From the NCBI GenBank assembly GCA_003564155.1, contig PWOA01000042.1, positions 12,445 through 76,444 on the forward strand: a stretch of DNA of 64,000 bases, in the 5' to 3' direction. The DNA is from Candidatus Cloacimonadota bacterium (GTDB lineage: Bacteria > Cloacimonadota > Cloacimonadia > Cloacimonadales > PWNZ01). The translations under genes were made by a program, and so were the position numbers. This document shows, one piece after another, positions 10,593-20,505 of this stretch (position 1 is the first letter of the stretch; each line of letters opens with the position of its first letter). The notes below the pieces were generated by a model, which worked only from the letters and a program-made list of their open reading frames with translations, did no database searches and was not told the origin of the DNA.

Positions 10593-12251
10593 GTGGTTCG
10601 TAAGAAAGTTAATAATCTATCGATTTCCCCAAAAAAAATTGATTTAAATGTTGAAACTATACGGATTGATTCCCGATTTTCAACATTAAAAGTAATACTT
10701 ATTTTCTGCCTATTTTTTTTTATCAGTCACGATTTCTTGGAAGCTGAAGAGTATTTCCGTTTGAATCCAATAGACAACAAAATTACTTATCGGGCTAACT
10801 TACTTAACCTGCAAAAACTTGACATCAATCATCTAATCTATAAACATAACTTTGAAAGTGATCACTTCATGTTCCCTTTTACCAGTTATAATACCTTTAT
10901 CAAGGCTCTAACAACTTTTACAACATCAAAATCATCCGACGATAGTTTTATAGACTATCAAGTTGTCGACGAAACTGTTTCGGGTAGGTTGCAAGTAAAT
11001 ATTGGCGGTGGGGTAGATTATCATACCGATTTTGACGAGTATTATGTACATCCATATCGGAGAGTACGAATACGAGGTAATATTTTTAACCGTTTGGTCT
11101 TTTGGGGTGATTGGTGGGCTGGTAGATTTCAAGGAGATCTTAACTATGCAGAATGCACCTCTCCGCTGCTAAACAGATGGCATAAAAGCCATGAACTTCC
11201 AGGGCAAACATACACCAACCTGAACAGTCTATCGGGTCAAATAAGCTATTTTTTCGACTTTGGGAATGTTTCTTTAGGCAGGGGTACACATCAAGTCGGA
11301 GATAATATCGGTGGTAGTATAATTCTCAATGATGCTGTTAACGATTATGGATACTTTAGTTCAAAGATTGTTTTTGGTAAATTACAACTAACGTTCTTAC
11401 ATGGATCTCTTATTCCTAATGAAAGAGATCCCATATATTCTGATCCTTATGATGGAGTTCTCCGTTACGTTGACAAGTTTTTCTCTCAACATCAGGTTAA
11501 TTATCAACCTTTTACAAATCTCGAATTATTTTTTGGAGAACAGGTTATTTATGCTAATCGTAGTGTAGATATAAGTTATCTATTGCCACATACATTTTAT
11601 CGGATCATTGAGCATAATCTTCACGATAGAGATAATATGCTAATATATGCCGGAGGTAGATGGCTGGTAAACGAAAACTTAACCCTTTATGGGAATTTAG
11701 CTCTTGATGAACTCAGGAAAAGCGAAATTTTCGGTAATTGGTGGGGCAATAAATATGCTTTACAAGGTGGTTTTTCTCTAAAATATTTGCCTGGTTTTAT
11801 TAGCAAAGATAATAAACCAATACGAACAACTTTTGAAATGACAGCTGTCCGTCCCTGGACATATACACACAAAAGTTATCATACAAATACATCGCATGAT
11901 GGTGTAGGATTAGGTTTTCCGGAAGGAAGTAACTTGATACAAGGAGCTACGCAGACAGAATTAACTATTCTACCATATCTTGGTTTTAATTTCTTTACTT
12001 CATATATTCGACAAGGCAGTTGGGGTAATTGTTGGTCATTAAACTACACAAAAGACAGAATGGTTAATGGAGAATTATTAGATACTGCTAAATGGTTTGA
12101 AGGTGATATAACTAATACCTTTAGGTCTAAAGGTGTATTTGCATTATCTATTTTAGCTCATCATTCGGTAAATTTAGGCATAGACTTGACAAAACAATCT
12201 GATAAAGATTGGCTCAAAGAATTGATCTTTAGTTATGAGTTCATGTATTAA
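10593..12251 (+). CDS. Outer-membrane beta-barrel, capsule assembly Wzi / RemB-like family
   Basis: YG.LALDE, WWGNKYALQGG, VRPWTYTH, LGFPEGSN motifs recalled from Wzi/RemB-like proteins; aromatic C-terminus. Start codon uncertain. Confidence 0.6.
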   Translation: MVRKKVNNLSISPKKIDLNVETIRIDSRFSTLKVILIFCLFFFISHDFLEAEEYFRLNPIDNKITYRANLLNLQKLDINHLIYKHNFESDHFMFPFTSYNTFIKALTTFTTSKSSDDSFIDYQVVDETVSGRLQVNIGGGVDYHTDFDEYYVHPYRRVRIRGNIFNRLVFWGDWWAGRFQGDLNYAECTSPLLNRWHKSHELPGQTYTNLNSLSGQISYFFDFGNVSLGRGTHQVGDNIGGSIILNDAVNDYGYFSSKIVFGKLQLTFLHGSLIPNERDPIYSDPYDGVLRYVDKFFSQHQVNYQPFTNLELFFGEQVIYANRSVDISYLLPHTFYRIIEHNLHDRDNMLIYAGGRWLVNENLTLYGNLALDELRKSEIFGNWWGNKYALQGGFSLKYLPGFISKDNKPIRTTFEMTAVRPWTYTHKSYHTNTSHDGVGLGFPEGSNLIQGATQTELTILPYLGFNFFTSYIRQGSWGNCWSLNYTKDRMVNGELLDTAKWFEGDITNTFRSKGVFALSILAHHSVNLGIDLTKQSDKDWLKELIFSYEFMY

Positions 12252-12272
12252 TTCAATATACAATATATTCTA

Positions 12273-13424
12273 ATGTCATACATTATATACGCTTACTCTT
12301 TTTTTCTTATTATAGCTGCAGTTGGTATCTTACTCGCCGGTGAAAGTAAAAAAAAACCAGCTATGCAAAAGTATTCAATTATCGTTATAGCACGTAACGA
12401 AGAAAAAGTATTACCATTATTACTCACGTCCTTAGCTAATATTAAGTATCCGCAAGATCTATTTGAAATTATATTAGTTGATGATGATTCTAATGATAAA
12501 ACTTATTGGCTTATGCAGAAAATGTCTCAATGTATTGATAATGTTAGAGTCATAAAGATAACGAACAAAACTCTTCCTGGCAAGAAGGAAGGGTTACAAA
12601 CAGCTCTTGAGAAAGCGACAAAAGACATTATATTATTAACAGACGCTGATTGTATCGTAGATCCGGATTTGCTTATCAATCAAAATAAATTCTGGGATTA
12701 CAATACTTCCTTAGTCGTGGGATATGCACCCGAAACTTTCGATATACTTAAACTAAAGTCTTTGATAACTATGAATACGACTTGTAAGGAACCTAATATG
12801 TTTGTCAATGACATCCTCGGAGATCTAAATCAATATTTTGCCAATCTCCGTTTATTATACCCTATAAAAGTATTCCGTCGTTTTATCAGCCTTGCCGCAG
12901 CCGGTATTTATGTTGCTACTATTGGTTTACGCATTCCCTTCAGTTGTAGTGGTAGACATTTAGCAGTTAAACGAAAAGAACTCATTGCCGCAGGTGGATA
13001 CAAGTCATTAACAAGTTATACCTCCGGAGATGACAAACAAGCTCTTAGACTGATTCGCTCTCAAGGTGGTATCATTAGATATAATCATTATAAATCCATA
13101 TACACACTTCCTATAGATAAGAGGTTTAATGATCAACAAAAAAGAAGATTTGACAAGATTAAAATGTCATCTTATTTACATGTATTTGGGACATTTGTAA
13201 TTATAGCATTTTATCTTATGATGCCTGCATATTTCGCTTTAACATGCGATTGGTCAAGCTTATTAACAGTTTATATGGTTTCTTTATTTATATGGGTTAT
13301 AAATCTATCTAAACATAAAGAGCGATTTAATCTTCTCGATCCGGTGTTTGTTATAATTTATCCTTACTATTTTATTTTTTATACCGCTATCGGCTCTTTT
13401 GGCAGATGGAAGTGGAAAACCTAA
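12273..13424 (+). CDS. Family 2 glycosyltransferase, membrane bound
   Basis: IARNEE, VDDDSND, GKK, TDADC, SGDD, QQKRRF (QxxRW-like), terminal TM helices. Confidence 0.9.
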   Translation: MSYIIYAYSFFLIIAAVGILLAGESKKKPAMQKYSIIVIARNEEKVLPLLLTSLANIKYPQDLFEIILVDDDSNDKTYWLMQKMSQCIDNVRVIKITNKTLPGKKEGLQTALEKATKDIILLTDADCIVDPDLLINQNKFWDYNTSLVVGYAPETFDILKLKSLITMNTTCKEPNMFVNDILGDLNQYFANLRLLYPIKVFRRFISLAAAGIYVATIGLRIPFSCSGRHLAVKRKELIAAGGYKSLTSYTSGDDKQALRLIRSQGGIIRYNHYKSIYTLPIDKRFNDQQKRRFDKIKMSSYLHVFGTFVIIAFYLMMPAYFALTCDWSSLLTVYMVSLFIWVINLSKHKERFNLLDPVFVIIYPYYFIFYTAIGSFGRWKWKT

Positions 13425-13465
13425 TAAATCTGCTGCTTATATATGATTCTGATATCTAAGGTAAA

Positions 13466-14317
13466 ATGAAAAAAAAGATCATTTATTTCGGACAAATTAT
13501 TTTAACCGGTATGATTCTATATCTTATCTTTAGAAGAATTGATTTAAAGAGTGTTTTGATGTTATCAATTAATCTTCATCCGGTAACATTTATACTGCTT
13601 GTAATCACTTCGGCAGTGAAACTAATCACACAGTATTTTAATTGGATTTGTTGTCTGAAAATCAATTCCGGATATAATCCTCCTAAGTTCGAAGTAATTA
13701 GGAGTTTGTTTATCGGAAATGCATTACGTTTTCTGTTACCGGGTGGACATGGAACTTACGGTAAAGTTTACTTCCTAAACCATAGCAAAAAAGGAACTTT
13801 GTTTTCTATCGGTATGGAAAAGTTTATGTTAACATGGACTATACTATTGTTCGGTTCGGTCGCAGCTTTCTTCCATTTCGTTAATTATCAAATACTGCTC
13901 AGGTTTTCAGTAATTATTGTAGTTGCAACGATGCCTTTTATTGTTTATTGGGGAAGATACCTTTTCACTAAACATGCAGAATATTTCAATAATTATATTC
14001 GTTTTGTTCCTCGTATATTTGTGTCACAACTTTTATTCATCTTTATAACCGTATTGCAATATGTCTTAATTATCAATCAATATCAATTACTCCGAATTAC
14101 CGATGCCTTGAAAAGCGTACCTTTAATTTTGACAGCCAATACTATTCCGATAACATTTTCAGGTCTTGGGCTGAGAGAGTCTTTTGCGATGTATACTTTA
14201 AACGAGTATGGTATTCAAGTCGAAGTAGCAATTACCGCTTCATTATTAATCTTTTTTATTAACTCCGTAATTCCTGCATTTATCGGCTCTTATTTTATTG
14301 TCTCATCTAAAAAATAA
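13466..14317 (+). CDS. Flippase-like membrane protein (lysylphosphatidylglycerol synthase TM / UPF0104)
   Basis: Multi-TM with FIG.ALRFLLPGG.G and IPITFSGLGLRE. Confidence 0.85.
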   Translation: MKKKIIYFGQIILTGMILYLIFRRIDLKSVLMLSINLHPVTFILLVITSAVKLITQYFNWICCLKINSGYNPPKFEVIRSLFIGNALRFLLPGGHGTYGKVYFLNHSKKGTLFSIGMEKFMLTWTILLFGSVAAFFHFVNYQILLRFSVIIVVATMPFIVYWGRYLFTKHAEYFNNYIRFVPRIFVSQLLFIFITVLQYVLIINQYQLLRITDALKSVPLILTANTIPITFSGLGLRESFAMYTLNEYGIQVEVAITASLLIFFINSVIPAFIGSYFIVSSKK

Positions 14318-14363
14318 ATAATAAATACTTAAACTTCTTAGAATAACCGTTCAATTTCGATTT

Positions 14364-14543
14364 TTAATCCTCTTCTTCTTGAGCGGTAGCAGTTAGTCCT
14401 CTGATGATTGAAGCAATTCCTTGCAGCAAAAAAATACCTGCAATCCAATAATAAAAAAACCTAGGTTGCGTTACAACCAAAAAACCTACGATTATGTATG
14501 CTGTACCAGTGAAAAGAAAACTTATTCTTTCCTGAAGTTTCAT
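14364..14543 (-). CDS. 59-aa two-helix membrane microprotein (DUF3096-like), absent from the ORF track
   Basis: Hand translation MKLQERISFLFTGTAYIIVGFLVVTQPRFFYYWIAGIFLLQGIASIIRGLTATAQEEED*. AAGGAG RBS upstream. Aligns with the C-terminus of the upstream 229-aa protein. Confidence 0.85.
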   Translation of the reverse strand: MKLQERISFLFTGTAYIIVGFLVVTQPRFFYYWIAGIFLLQGIASIIRGLTATAQEEED

Positions 14544-14555
14544 CTTTATGCTCCT

Positions 14556-15245
14556 TTATTTGAAAAACTTTACGAGATAATCTATTCCCTGGATAAAAAA
14601 TATTATCGATACCCAATAGCGTATTAATTGTGGTTGTAAATATATTACAATAGCTAATATTATATATAGAATCCCTGTAAATATTGAACTTGTTTTTTCT
14701 GTCGTACCGGTCTTATTGCTAACCAAATCAATTAGCTTATAAATAGTTTTTCGCTTTTTAAGTGTACTCCAAAAAAGTGAATGTGGAGAAGCATTCGCAA
14801 TATTTTTTTTTACGCTTACCCAAAAATCATGAAAAAATACAATATTTAAGAATAGACCTGCTAGAAAAACAGTTAATAAATAGGAGAGTTGACTATAATA
14901 ATCTCCCCATGTTAACAATAAACCTATCTCATCAAAAAACAATCCTAACCCTAAACCGTATATGACCGCTAACTGACGGGTTGAAAATATGTTTGTACCT
15001 ACAAGAGCAAACCAACCGGCTATTCCTATCATGGCAATTCCAATATAAAAATGATGAATATGATAGCCAAACAATATTATGTTGGTCCCTATATGGAAAG
15101 CAACGTCGGGAAGTTCTCCGGCCTTAGCTGCTTGTGCAAACTCCGTTTCAGCTGCCCCGGCAATAAATACACTTAACCGGATGAAAAGAAAGCCTACTAA
15201 ATATGATATTGTTACTATAAAAGGTATTTCTTTTGATCTTTTCAT
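14556..15245 (-). CDS. Uncharacterised integral membrane protein with HIHH and GLGLFFDE motifs
   Basis: Several TM helices, YHIHHFYIG and YGLGLGLFFDEIGLLL.WGDYY. Confidence 0.8.
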   Translation of the reverse strand: MKRSKEIPFIVTISYLVGFLFIRLSVFIAGAAETEFAQAAKAGELPDVAFHIGTNIILFGYHIHHFYIGIAMIGIAGWFALVGTNIFSTRQLAVIYGLGLGLFFDEIGLLLTWGDYYSQLSYLLTVFLAGLFLNIVFFHDFWVSVKKNIANASPHSLFWSTLKKRKTIYKLIDLVSNKTGTTEKTSSIFTGILYIILAIVIYLQPQLIRYWVSIIFFIQGIDYLVKFFK

Positions 15246-15378
15246 ATAAATAGTGTTATTTTAATAATATCGATTTCACATGAGATTTTATTGATTCATA
15301 CTCTTGAGTCAAGTTTTTCACTTACTTGCAGGTTATATCACCATACTATTCTTTATGATAAGCATAAGCCTCTCAATT

Positions 15379-16836
15379 CTAACGTAAACATTCATCGATT
15401 TTCTTAACTGTCTCCTTATCTTCTGAAAGAATCATCAATACATCACCCTTTTTGATTTCAGTTGAACCGTTTGGAGTTATATATTGTTTGTCTCTACGTA
15501 TCATTGCAATTATAGCTTTAAGCGGAAAGTTGAGATCAACAATACGTTTATTAACAGCTTTATAATTACTCCGAATAAAAATTTCCAGATACTCCGATTT
15601 TGCACCATCCTCCAATAATTCTTCGACCGGTGTCTTAGGCTTCGAATCTTCTGGGAGAACAATACCAAGCCATCGAGCTACTTGTAAGAGAAAAGTACCT
15701 TGAACAATAACAGAGGAAACAGAAACAAAAAATACAATGTTAAACATTGTCTGCGATCTTTCAATCCCAGCCAGTAAAGGATAAGTAGCAAATACAATTG
15801 GAACTGCTCCTCTCAGTCCCACCCATGATATAAATAGCTTCCCCTTTAGCTTAGTTTTTGAATATAACAAACAACAAAACACACTGATAGGTCTCGCTAA
15901 TAAAATAGTAAATATTGAAACAAGCAATCCGATTCCGGTAATTTCTAATAGATCACTTGGATATACCAATAAACCCAACGTAAGGAAAAGAACTATTTGC
16001 ATCAACCAGGCAAATCCATCAAACGTTTTAATTATCGTTCTTTTATGGATTATATCCTGATTACCAATGTACACTGCTCCCAAATAAACAGCCAAAAAAC
16101 CGTTACCACCTAAAAAATCAGTTATTGAAAAAGAAAAATACATTATAGCTATTGTTAATACTGGATATAGACCTTCATAATCTAATTTGATATTGTTAAG
16201 AACGAAAGTTCCTAACTTACCTATAGCAAAACCAAGAATTACCCCAATTATCATATGTTGAAAAAAAATTGGAACCATACTGGCTAAAGATACTTCGGGA
16301 TTGGTAATCAAAGTGAGAAAAGTAATCGTCAAAAAATATGCCATAGGATCGTTGCTACCGCTTTCTAATTCCAGAATAGTACGTAAATTATGCTTGAGTG
16401 CTAATTTTTTTGACCTTAATACTGAAAAGACTGCTGCGGCGTCTGTCGATGAAACTATTGACCCAAGTAATAAAGATTCAATGATTCTAAGTTCGGTGAC
16501 TAAGAATAGAAAAACACCAATTGACAAGGCTGTTATTAAAACACCAAACGTTGAGAGAAACAATCCTTCTTTAACAAATGGTTTTACAATTTGCCAGTTT
16601 GTCCCTAATCCACCTGAAAATAGGATAAAATTCAATGACATTATACCAATAAACTGTGCTGTTTTAGGGTCATTAAAATAGATTCTACCGATTCCTTCGG
16701 AACCTGCTAAAATCCCCACTGCCAAAAAGAACAAGATCGTTGGCACTCCAAACCGATAAGATGTTTTCCCGGCTAAGATAGATATGATTAGTAAAATCGA
16801 ACCTATTAAAAGCACATTTTCAGTAGTTAAATTCAT
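15379..16836 (-). CDS. cvrA: K+/H+ antiporter NhaP2/CvrA (CPA1) with C-terminal RCK_C domain
   Basis: SSTDAAAVFS, LELESGSNDPMA, SWVGLRGAVPIVFA, TrkA_C tail P.GSTEIKKGD. Confidence 0.93.
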   Translation of the reverse strand: MNLTTENVLLIGSILLIISILAGKTSYRFGVPTILFFLAVGILAGSEGIGRIYFNDPKTAQFIGIMSLNFILFSGGLGTNWQIVKPFVKEGLFLSTFGVLITALSIGVFLFLVTELRIIESLLLGSIVSSTDAAAVFSVLRSKKLALKHNLRTILELESGSNDPMAYFLTITFLTLITNPEVSLASMVPIFFQHMIIGVILGFAIGKLGTFVLNNIKLDYEGLYPVLTIAIMYFSFSITDFLGGNGFLAVYLGAVYIGNQDIIHKRTIIKTFDGFAWLMQIVLFLTLGLLVYPSDLLEITGIGLLVSIFTILLARPISVFCCLLYSKTKLKGKLFISWVGLRGAVPIVFATYPLLAGIERSQTMFNIVFFVSVSSVIVQGTFLLQVARWLGIVLPEDSKPKTPVEELLEDGAKSEYLEIFIRSNYKAVNKRIVDLNFPLKAIIAMIRRDKQYITPNGSTEIKKGDVLMILSEDKETVKKIDECLR

Positions 16837-17102
16837 ATTACAGACCTTATTTATTGTTTAAACTATATAAAATATTAGCACAGAAATTATCGATATGTTT
16901 TTTCACGGTGGACAGAACGTCAAGTTTAATCAAGCAAGAAGGTCTCTGAAGGAGTTGATTCAATCTACAATCAGAAATATCTTAGGCATTTCCCCACATA
17001 AACAATATAAATAATAACATGTTAAAAATTACTAACAAATAAATCAAGGAAAGTGGTGCTTATTAAATTGTCCTTAACACCAATCAATCAAACTCAGCTC
17101 AG

Positions 17103-17153
17103 TCAAGTCCTGAAATAGTGCTCCTTTTAGTCCACTTATTTCAGGATACCTCA
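17103..17153 (-). mobile_element. Orphan IS3-family-like terminal repeat with a partial inverted copy
   Basis: Minus strand TGAGGTATCCTGAAATAAGTGGACT (17129-17153), then CACTATTTCAGGA. 23/25 identical to 63198-63222. TG terminus. Confidence 0.55.
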
Positions 17154-17466
17154 ATTCCTCTTGATTTATAACCCAATAATCATAATATCACTTATGCCAT
17201 ATCGTTCCTTTCCGGTCTAACATCTGATTTATACTTCTGGCGGTACTTCCCTTTATCAGCCGCAATATCTCACCGACAGGGATTATCTGACCATCAATTT
17301 TCTCGGGCTTAAGCAACATATGAACGTGATTCGGCATAAGAGTAAAAAGATAAAGATGATAATACTTCTGTTTCATTGCTACAATCTTATCAAAAACTAT
17401 CTTTCCAATATTTCTATCAGTCAGATCTATAAAGCTTGAGCAGTCCGTATAGAACTGTCTTACCAT
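17154..17466 (-). pseudogene. Decayed REP-associated tyrosine transposase (RAYT / Y1 HUH transposase)
   Basis: MPNHVH HUH motif and IKG.TAR.IN..L.R.G.IW. After the in-frame TGA the homology continues as YYDYWVINQEEL, then is cut by the IS-like end before the catalytic Tyr / NP motif. N-terminus missing. Confidence 0.85.
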
Positions 17467-17517
17467 TAGGGTGAGTAGGAGTCGAATAGTATCCGACTCC
17501 TACTCACCCTAATGGTA
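17461..17517. repeat. Perfect 24-bp inverted repeat with REP-like GTAG core
   Basis: TACCATTAGGGTGAGTAGGAGTCG-aatagtatc-CGACTCCTACTCACCCTAATGGTA. Confidence 0.9.
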
Positions 17518-17792
17518 TCTTATAGATAACGTCTCAAAAAGTGGTGTAAATATTTAGGTTTAAGTTATAAAAAGGTTGAACCAAATTCCCCTCACTATTT
17601 AACGTCTGATTATCAAGGGGCAGGCCCATATAAGCATATTACTATGTGATTGCAATAATATGAAAAGGTGTCATTAGTGTAATATCGTTATCACACGATC
17701 AAATTGGATGCAATAATTGTAATAGGACAAAAAGATCTTGCCAAAAATGCTGAGTTTGTTTTTTTGTCATGAAAATTCTATAGGAAGGTAAG

Positions 17793-17984
17793 ATGTCAAA
17801 AATATGTGATATATGCGGTAAGTCTTCACAAGTTGGGAATAGTCGTAGCCACGCATTAAATGCTACAAAGAGAAGATTTTACCCCAACATTCAGAAAGTT
17901 CGTATTCAAAAAAATGACAAGGTTAAGACAGTAAAGATTTGTACAACCTGTCTTAAGTCTAACAAAGTTCAAAAAGCCGGTTAA
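17793..17984 (+). CDS. rpmB: 50S ribosomal protein L28 (Zn-ribbon type)
   Basis: [25 protein letters not shown]-terminal CTTC. Confidence 0.98.
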   Translation: MSKICDICGKSSQVGNSRSHALNATKRRFYPNIQKVRIQKNDKVKTVKICTTCLKSNKVQKAG

Positions 17985-18487
17985 TATTATAGATACTATT
18001 CCGGTTTTGCATATCTAACTTGTATATACTGTTTTCAATAGTGTATACAGGTGGGTACTATATATTGCCGAACCATAATGTTGACTGTTTTTTAGTCTGG
18101 CTCATTCAGAGGACTTTATTAATACTATTTAAGTAAAGGATGTCCCTAATGTCCATTAACCGTGAGTTATTTATTAATTGAAACTTAATAGTTGCACACA
18201 TTCTTATTATACAGGTAAATAATAATTATACTAAGCTTATAAAATTATTTTGGCGGCAACATCTTTGTTTTGATCTATTTGGTACTAATTCATACCTCAA
18301 AGAGGATTTTACTGTAGCTTGTATCTAAAGTGAAATTGCTTATAGAGTATATTTTTAAGTTTTAAATGTAGTTTTTTGGAGCCACGTTTAAAACGATTAA
18401 AATCCATATAAATATTGTAATCATGCAATAACCTATAGAGTGGTAGGTTGAATATGTGTATTGGCGTTAATGTGATAAAACTAATGG

Positions 18488-18516
18488 TTGACAGAATAAG
18501 CGATTAAAGTTACATT
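18488..18516 (+). promoter_or_regulatory. Sigma70-type promoter of recA
   Basis: TTGACA-N17-TACATT upstream of the recA RBS. Confidence 0.55.
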
Positions 18517-18589
18517 ATAATAAATTATGTTATCCTAATTCTGCAACAGGATACTTAAGATAAACTCAAATTATTTGGAGGTACTTATA

Positions 18590-19633
18590 ATGGACAACAA
18601 GCAAAAAGACAGTGCATTAAAATCAGCTTTAGGTCAACTAGAGAAGAAATACGGAATGGGGACTATAATGAGATTGGGGGACAAACCCAAGCAACAAGTA
18701 GAAGTCATTCCCACAGGTGCTATAAATTTAGATGCAGCATTAGGTATTGGAGGAATCCCCAAAGGGAGAGTTACTGAAATCTATGGAGCAGAAGCTTCAG
18801 GCAAGACAACCCTTACGCTTCATATTGCAGCTGAAGCTCAAAAATTAGGTGGGATTATTGCTTTTATTGATGCTGAACATGCTCTCGATCCTGTATATGC
18901 AAGAAAAATCGGAGTAAATACTGATGAAATGCTATTGTCACAGCCTGATGGAGGGGAGCAAGCGTTGGAAATTGTAGAGACTTTAGTTCGTAGTAATGCC
19001 ATTGACTTGATTATCTTAGATTCTGTTGCAGCGTTAGTAACACGTCAGGAGATAGAGGGAGAAATGGGTGATAGTCATGTTGGTTTACAAGCAAGATTAA
19101 TGTCTCAAGCACTACGTAAATTGACGGCTATTGTCAGTAAATCAAATACATCAGTGATATTTATCAACCAGACTAGAATGAAAATAGGTACAGCACCTTA
19201 TATGAATCCGGAAACAACAACCGGTGGTGTTGCTTTAAAATTTTATTCATCAGTTAGGTTGGAAGTCAGGAGTGCCGGGAGTATAAAGGATGCTACAAGT
19301 GGCACAGTAAATTTTTTGGGTAATATTACAAAAGTCAAGATCGTTAAGAACAAGTTTGCACCACCTTTCAAAACAGTAGAATTCCCGCTTATATACGGTA
19401 AAGGTATAGCCAATGATGAAATAATAATAAATTTGGCAGTGAAAAACGATATTATCCAGAAAAGTGGTTCTTGGTTCTCATATGGAAAAACAAAGATAGG
19501 TCAGGGGATTGAAAAAGTTAAGATCTATTTAACAGAACATCCTGATATAGAGCAAGAGATTGAAGAATCAGTAAAGAAACTTCTTTTCCCTCAAGATAAC
19601 AATGGTCAAGCACCGAAAGATAGCCAAGAATAG
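18590..19633 (+). CDS. recA: Recombinase RecA
   Basis: [47 protein letters not shown] 18590 follows a GGAGG RBS. Confidence 0.99.
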   Translation: MDNKQKDSALKSALGQLEKKYGMGTIMRLGDKPKQQVEVIPTGAINLDAALGIGGIPKGRVTEIYGAEASGKTTLTLHIAAEAQKLGGIIAFIDAEHALDPVYARKIGVNTDEMLLSQPDGGEQALEIVETLVRSNAIDLIILDSVAALVTRQEIEGEMGDSHVGLQARLMSQALRKLTAIVSKSNTSVIFINQTRMKIGTAPYMNPETTTGGVALKFYSSVRLEVRSAGSIKDATSGTVNFLGNITKVKIVKNKFAPPFKTVEFPLIYGKGIANDEIIINLAVKNDIIQKSGSWFSYGKTKIGQGIEKVKIYLTEHPDIEQEIEESVKKLLFPQDNNGQAPKDSQE

Positions 19634-20411
19634 AATTTCAGATTATACATCCCTGCAAGACTCACTTGTCAGGAGGTATAATAATTCCATAAATAACCAT
19701 AACGAATATCGCAGTAGTTATATATTTTTTCGCCTCAAAGATGACAATGTTTCCGAAGCGTTAAAAATTTCTGATTATTCTTTAGAGGAAGATGAATTTT
19801 TGCGCAGCTTCAATCTGGCAAATAATGATACTGAAGAATGGGTATTGCTTGGGTTATTACCTGCAAAACAGGCTTTAGAGTTTGGTGGGAACAATGAAAA
19901 TTTTGATTTAAGTGGACAAGATTCACAACGTTTGACAGAAAAGATATTTAACTATACAGAAGAAAGGTTACTATCATATCTTGCCTATCGGGAAAGATCA
20001 ATCTTCGAGAGTCAAAACTTTTTATATCAACTTCCCGTAAACATATATTTGGCTAAACAGCTAATAGAAAGGAGTATTGCGAGAAATTATATTAATGATC
20101 GCCGTTTTGCTGAATTATTGACACAATCATCACTTTCTCGCAATAAAAGTTTTAATGAAGCAAAAACAAGTTTAATTAAGAAGAGAATTCCCCCCCAAAC
20201 TATACATGAAGTACTCGATCTTTATTACTCTCCTGAGAATTGTGGACAAGTACTGGATTATCATATAGATAAAGCGACTAAGAAATATCCGAATAAAGAT
20301 TCCAAGAAAGATTACTCAAGGTGTATTAACTACCTCATTCGTAAAGGTTTTAGCTATCATGAATTTATTGCCGGAGTAAATAGTTATTATGAAACAACAA
20401 TTTATAATTGA
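19602..20411 (+). CDS. recX: Regulatory protein RecX (long N-terminal region, start uncertain)
   Basis: Directly downstream of recA; [24 protein letters not shown]. Confidence 0.85.
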   Translation: MVKHRKIAKNRISDYTSLQDSLVRRYNNSINNHNEYRSSYIFFRLKDDNVSEALKISDYSLEEDEFLRSFNLANNDTEEWVLLGLLPAKQALEFGGNNENFDLSGQDSQRLTEKIFNYTEERLLSYLAYRERSIFESQNFLYQLPVNIYLAKQLIERSIARNYINDRRFAELLTQSSLSRNKSFNEAKTSLIKKRIPPQTIHEVLDLYYSPENCGQVLDYHIDKATKKYPNKDSKKDYSRCINYLIRKGFSYHEFIAGVNSYYETTIYN

Positions 20412-20505
20412 ACTATTAAGCCGGTTATATTTTCAATAATTCTCGCTATAGGTATTAAGTAGCGATTAGTTTTGATCATCATTTATTAACTAATAGTAAG
20501 GATTT

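Noticed and set aside
14421-14627. 68-aa plus-strand ORF
   Set aside because: Antisense to the better-supported 59-aa minus-strand gene and to the end of the 229-aa gene.
16934-16947. GAGACCTTCTTGC (minus strand), reminiscent of IS5-type ends
   Set aside because: Too short, with no partner repeat or transposase found.
17188-17190. In-frame TGA in the RAYT as possible selenocysteine or readthrough
   Set aside because: The gene is also truncated at both ends and the position is not a Cys site, so simple pseudogenisation explains it.
17461-17517. Palindrome as a CRISPR repeat
   Set aside because: Single copy with no spacers and no cas genes; no CRISPR array seen anywhere in the window.
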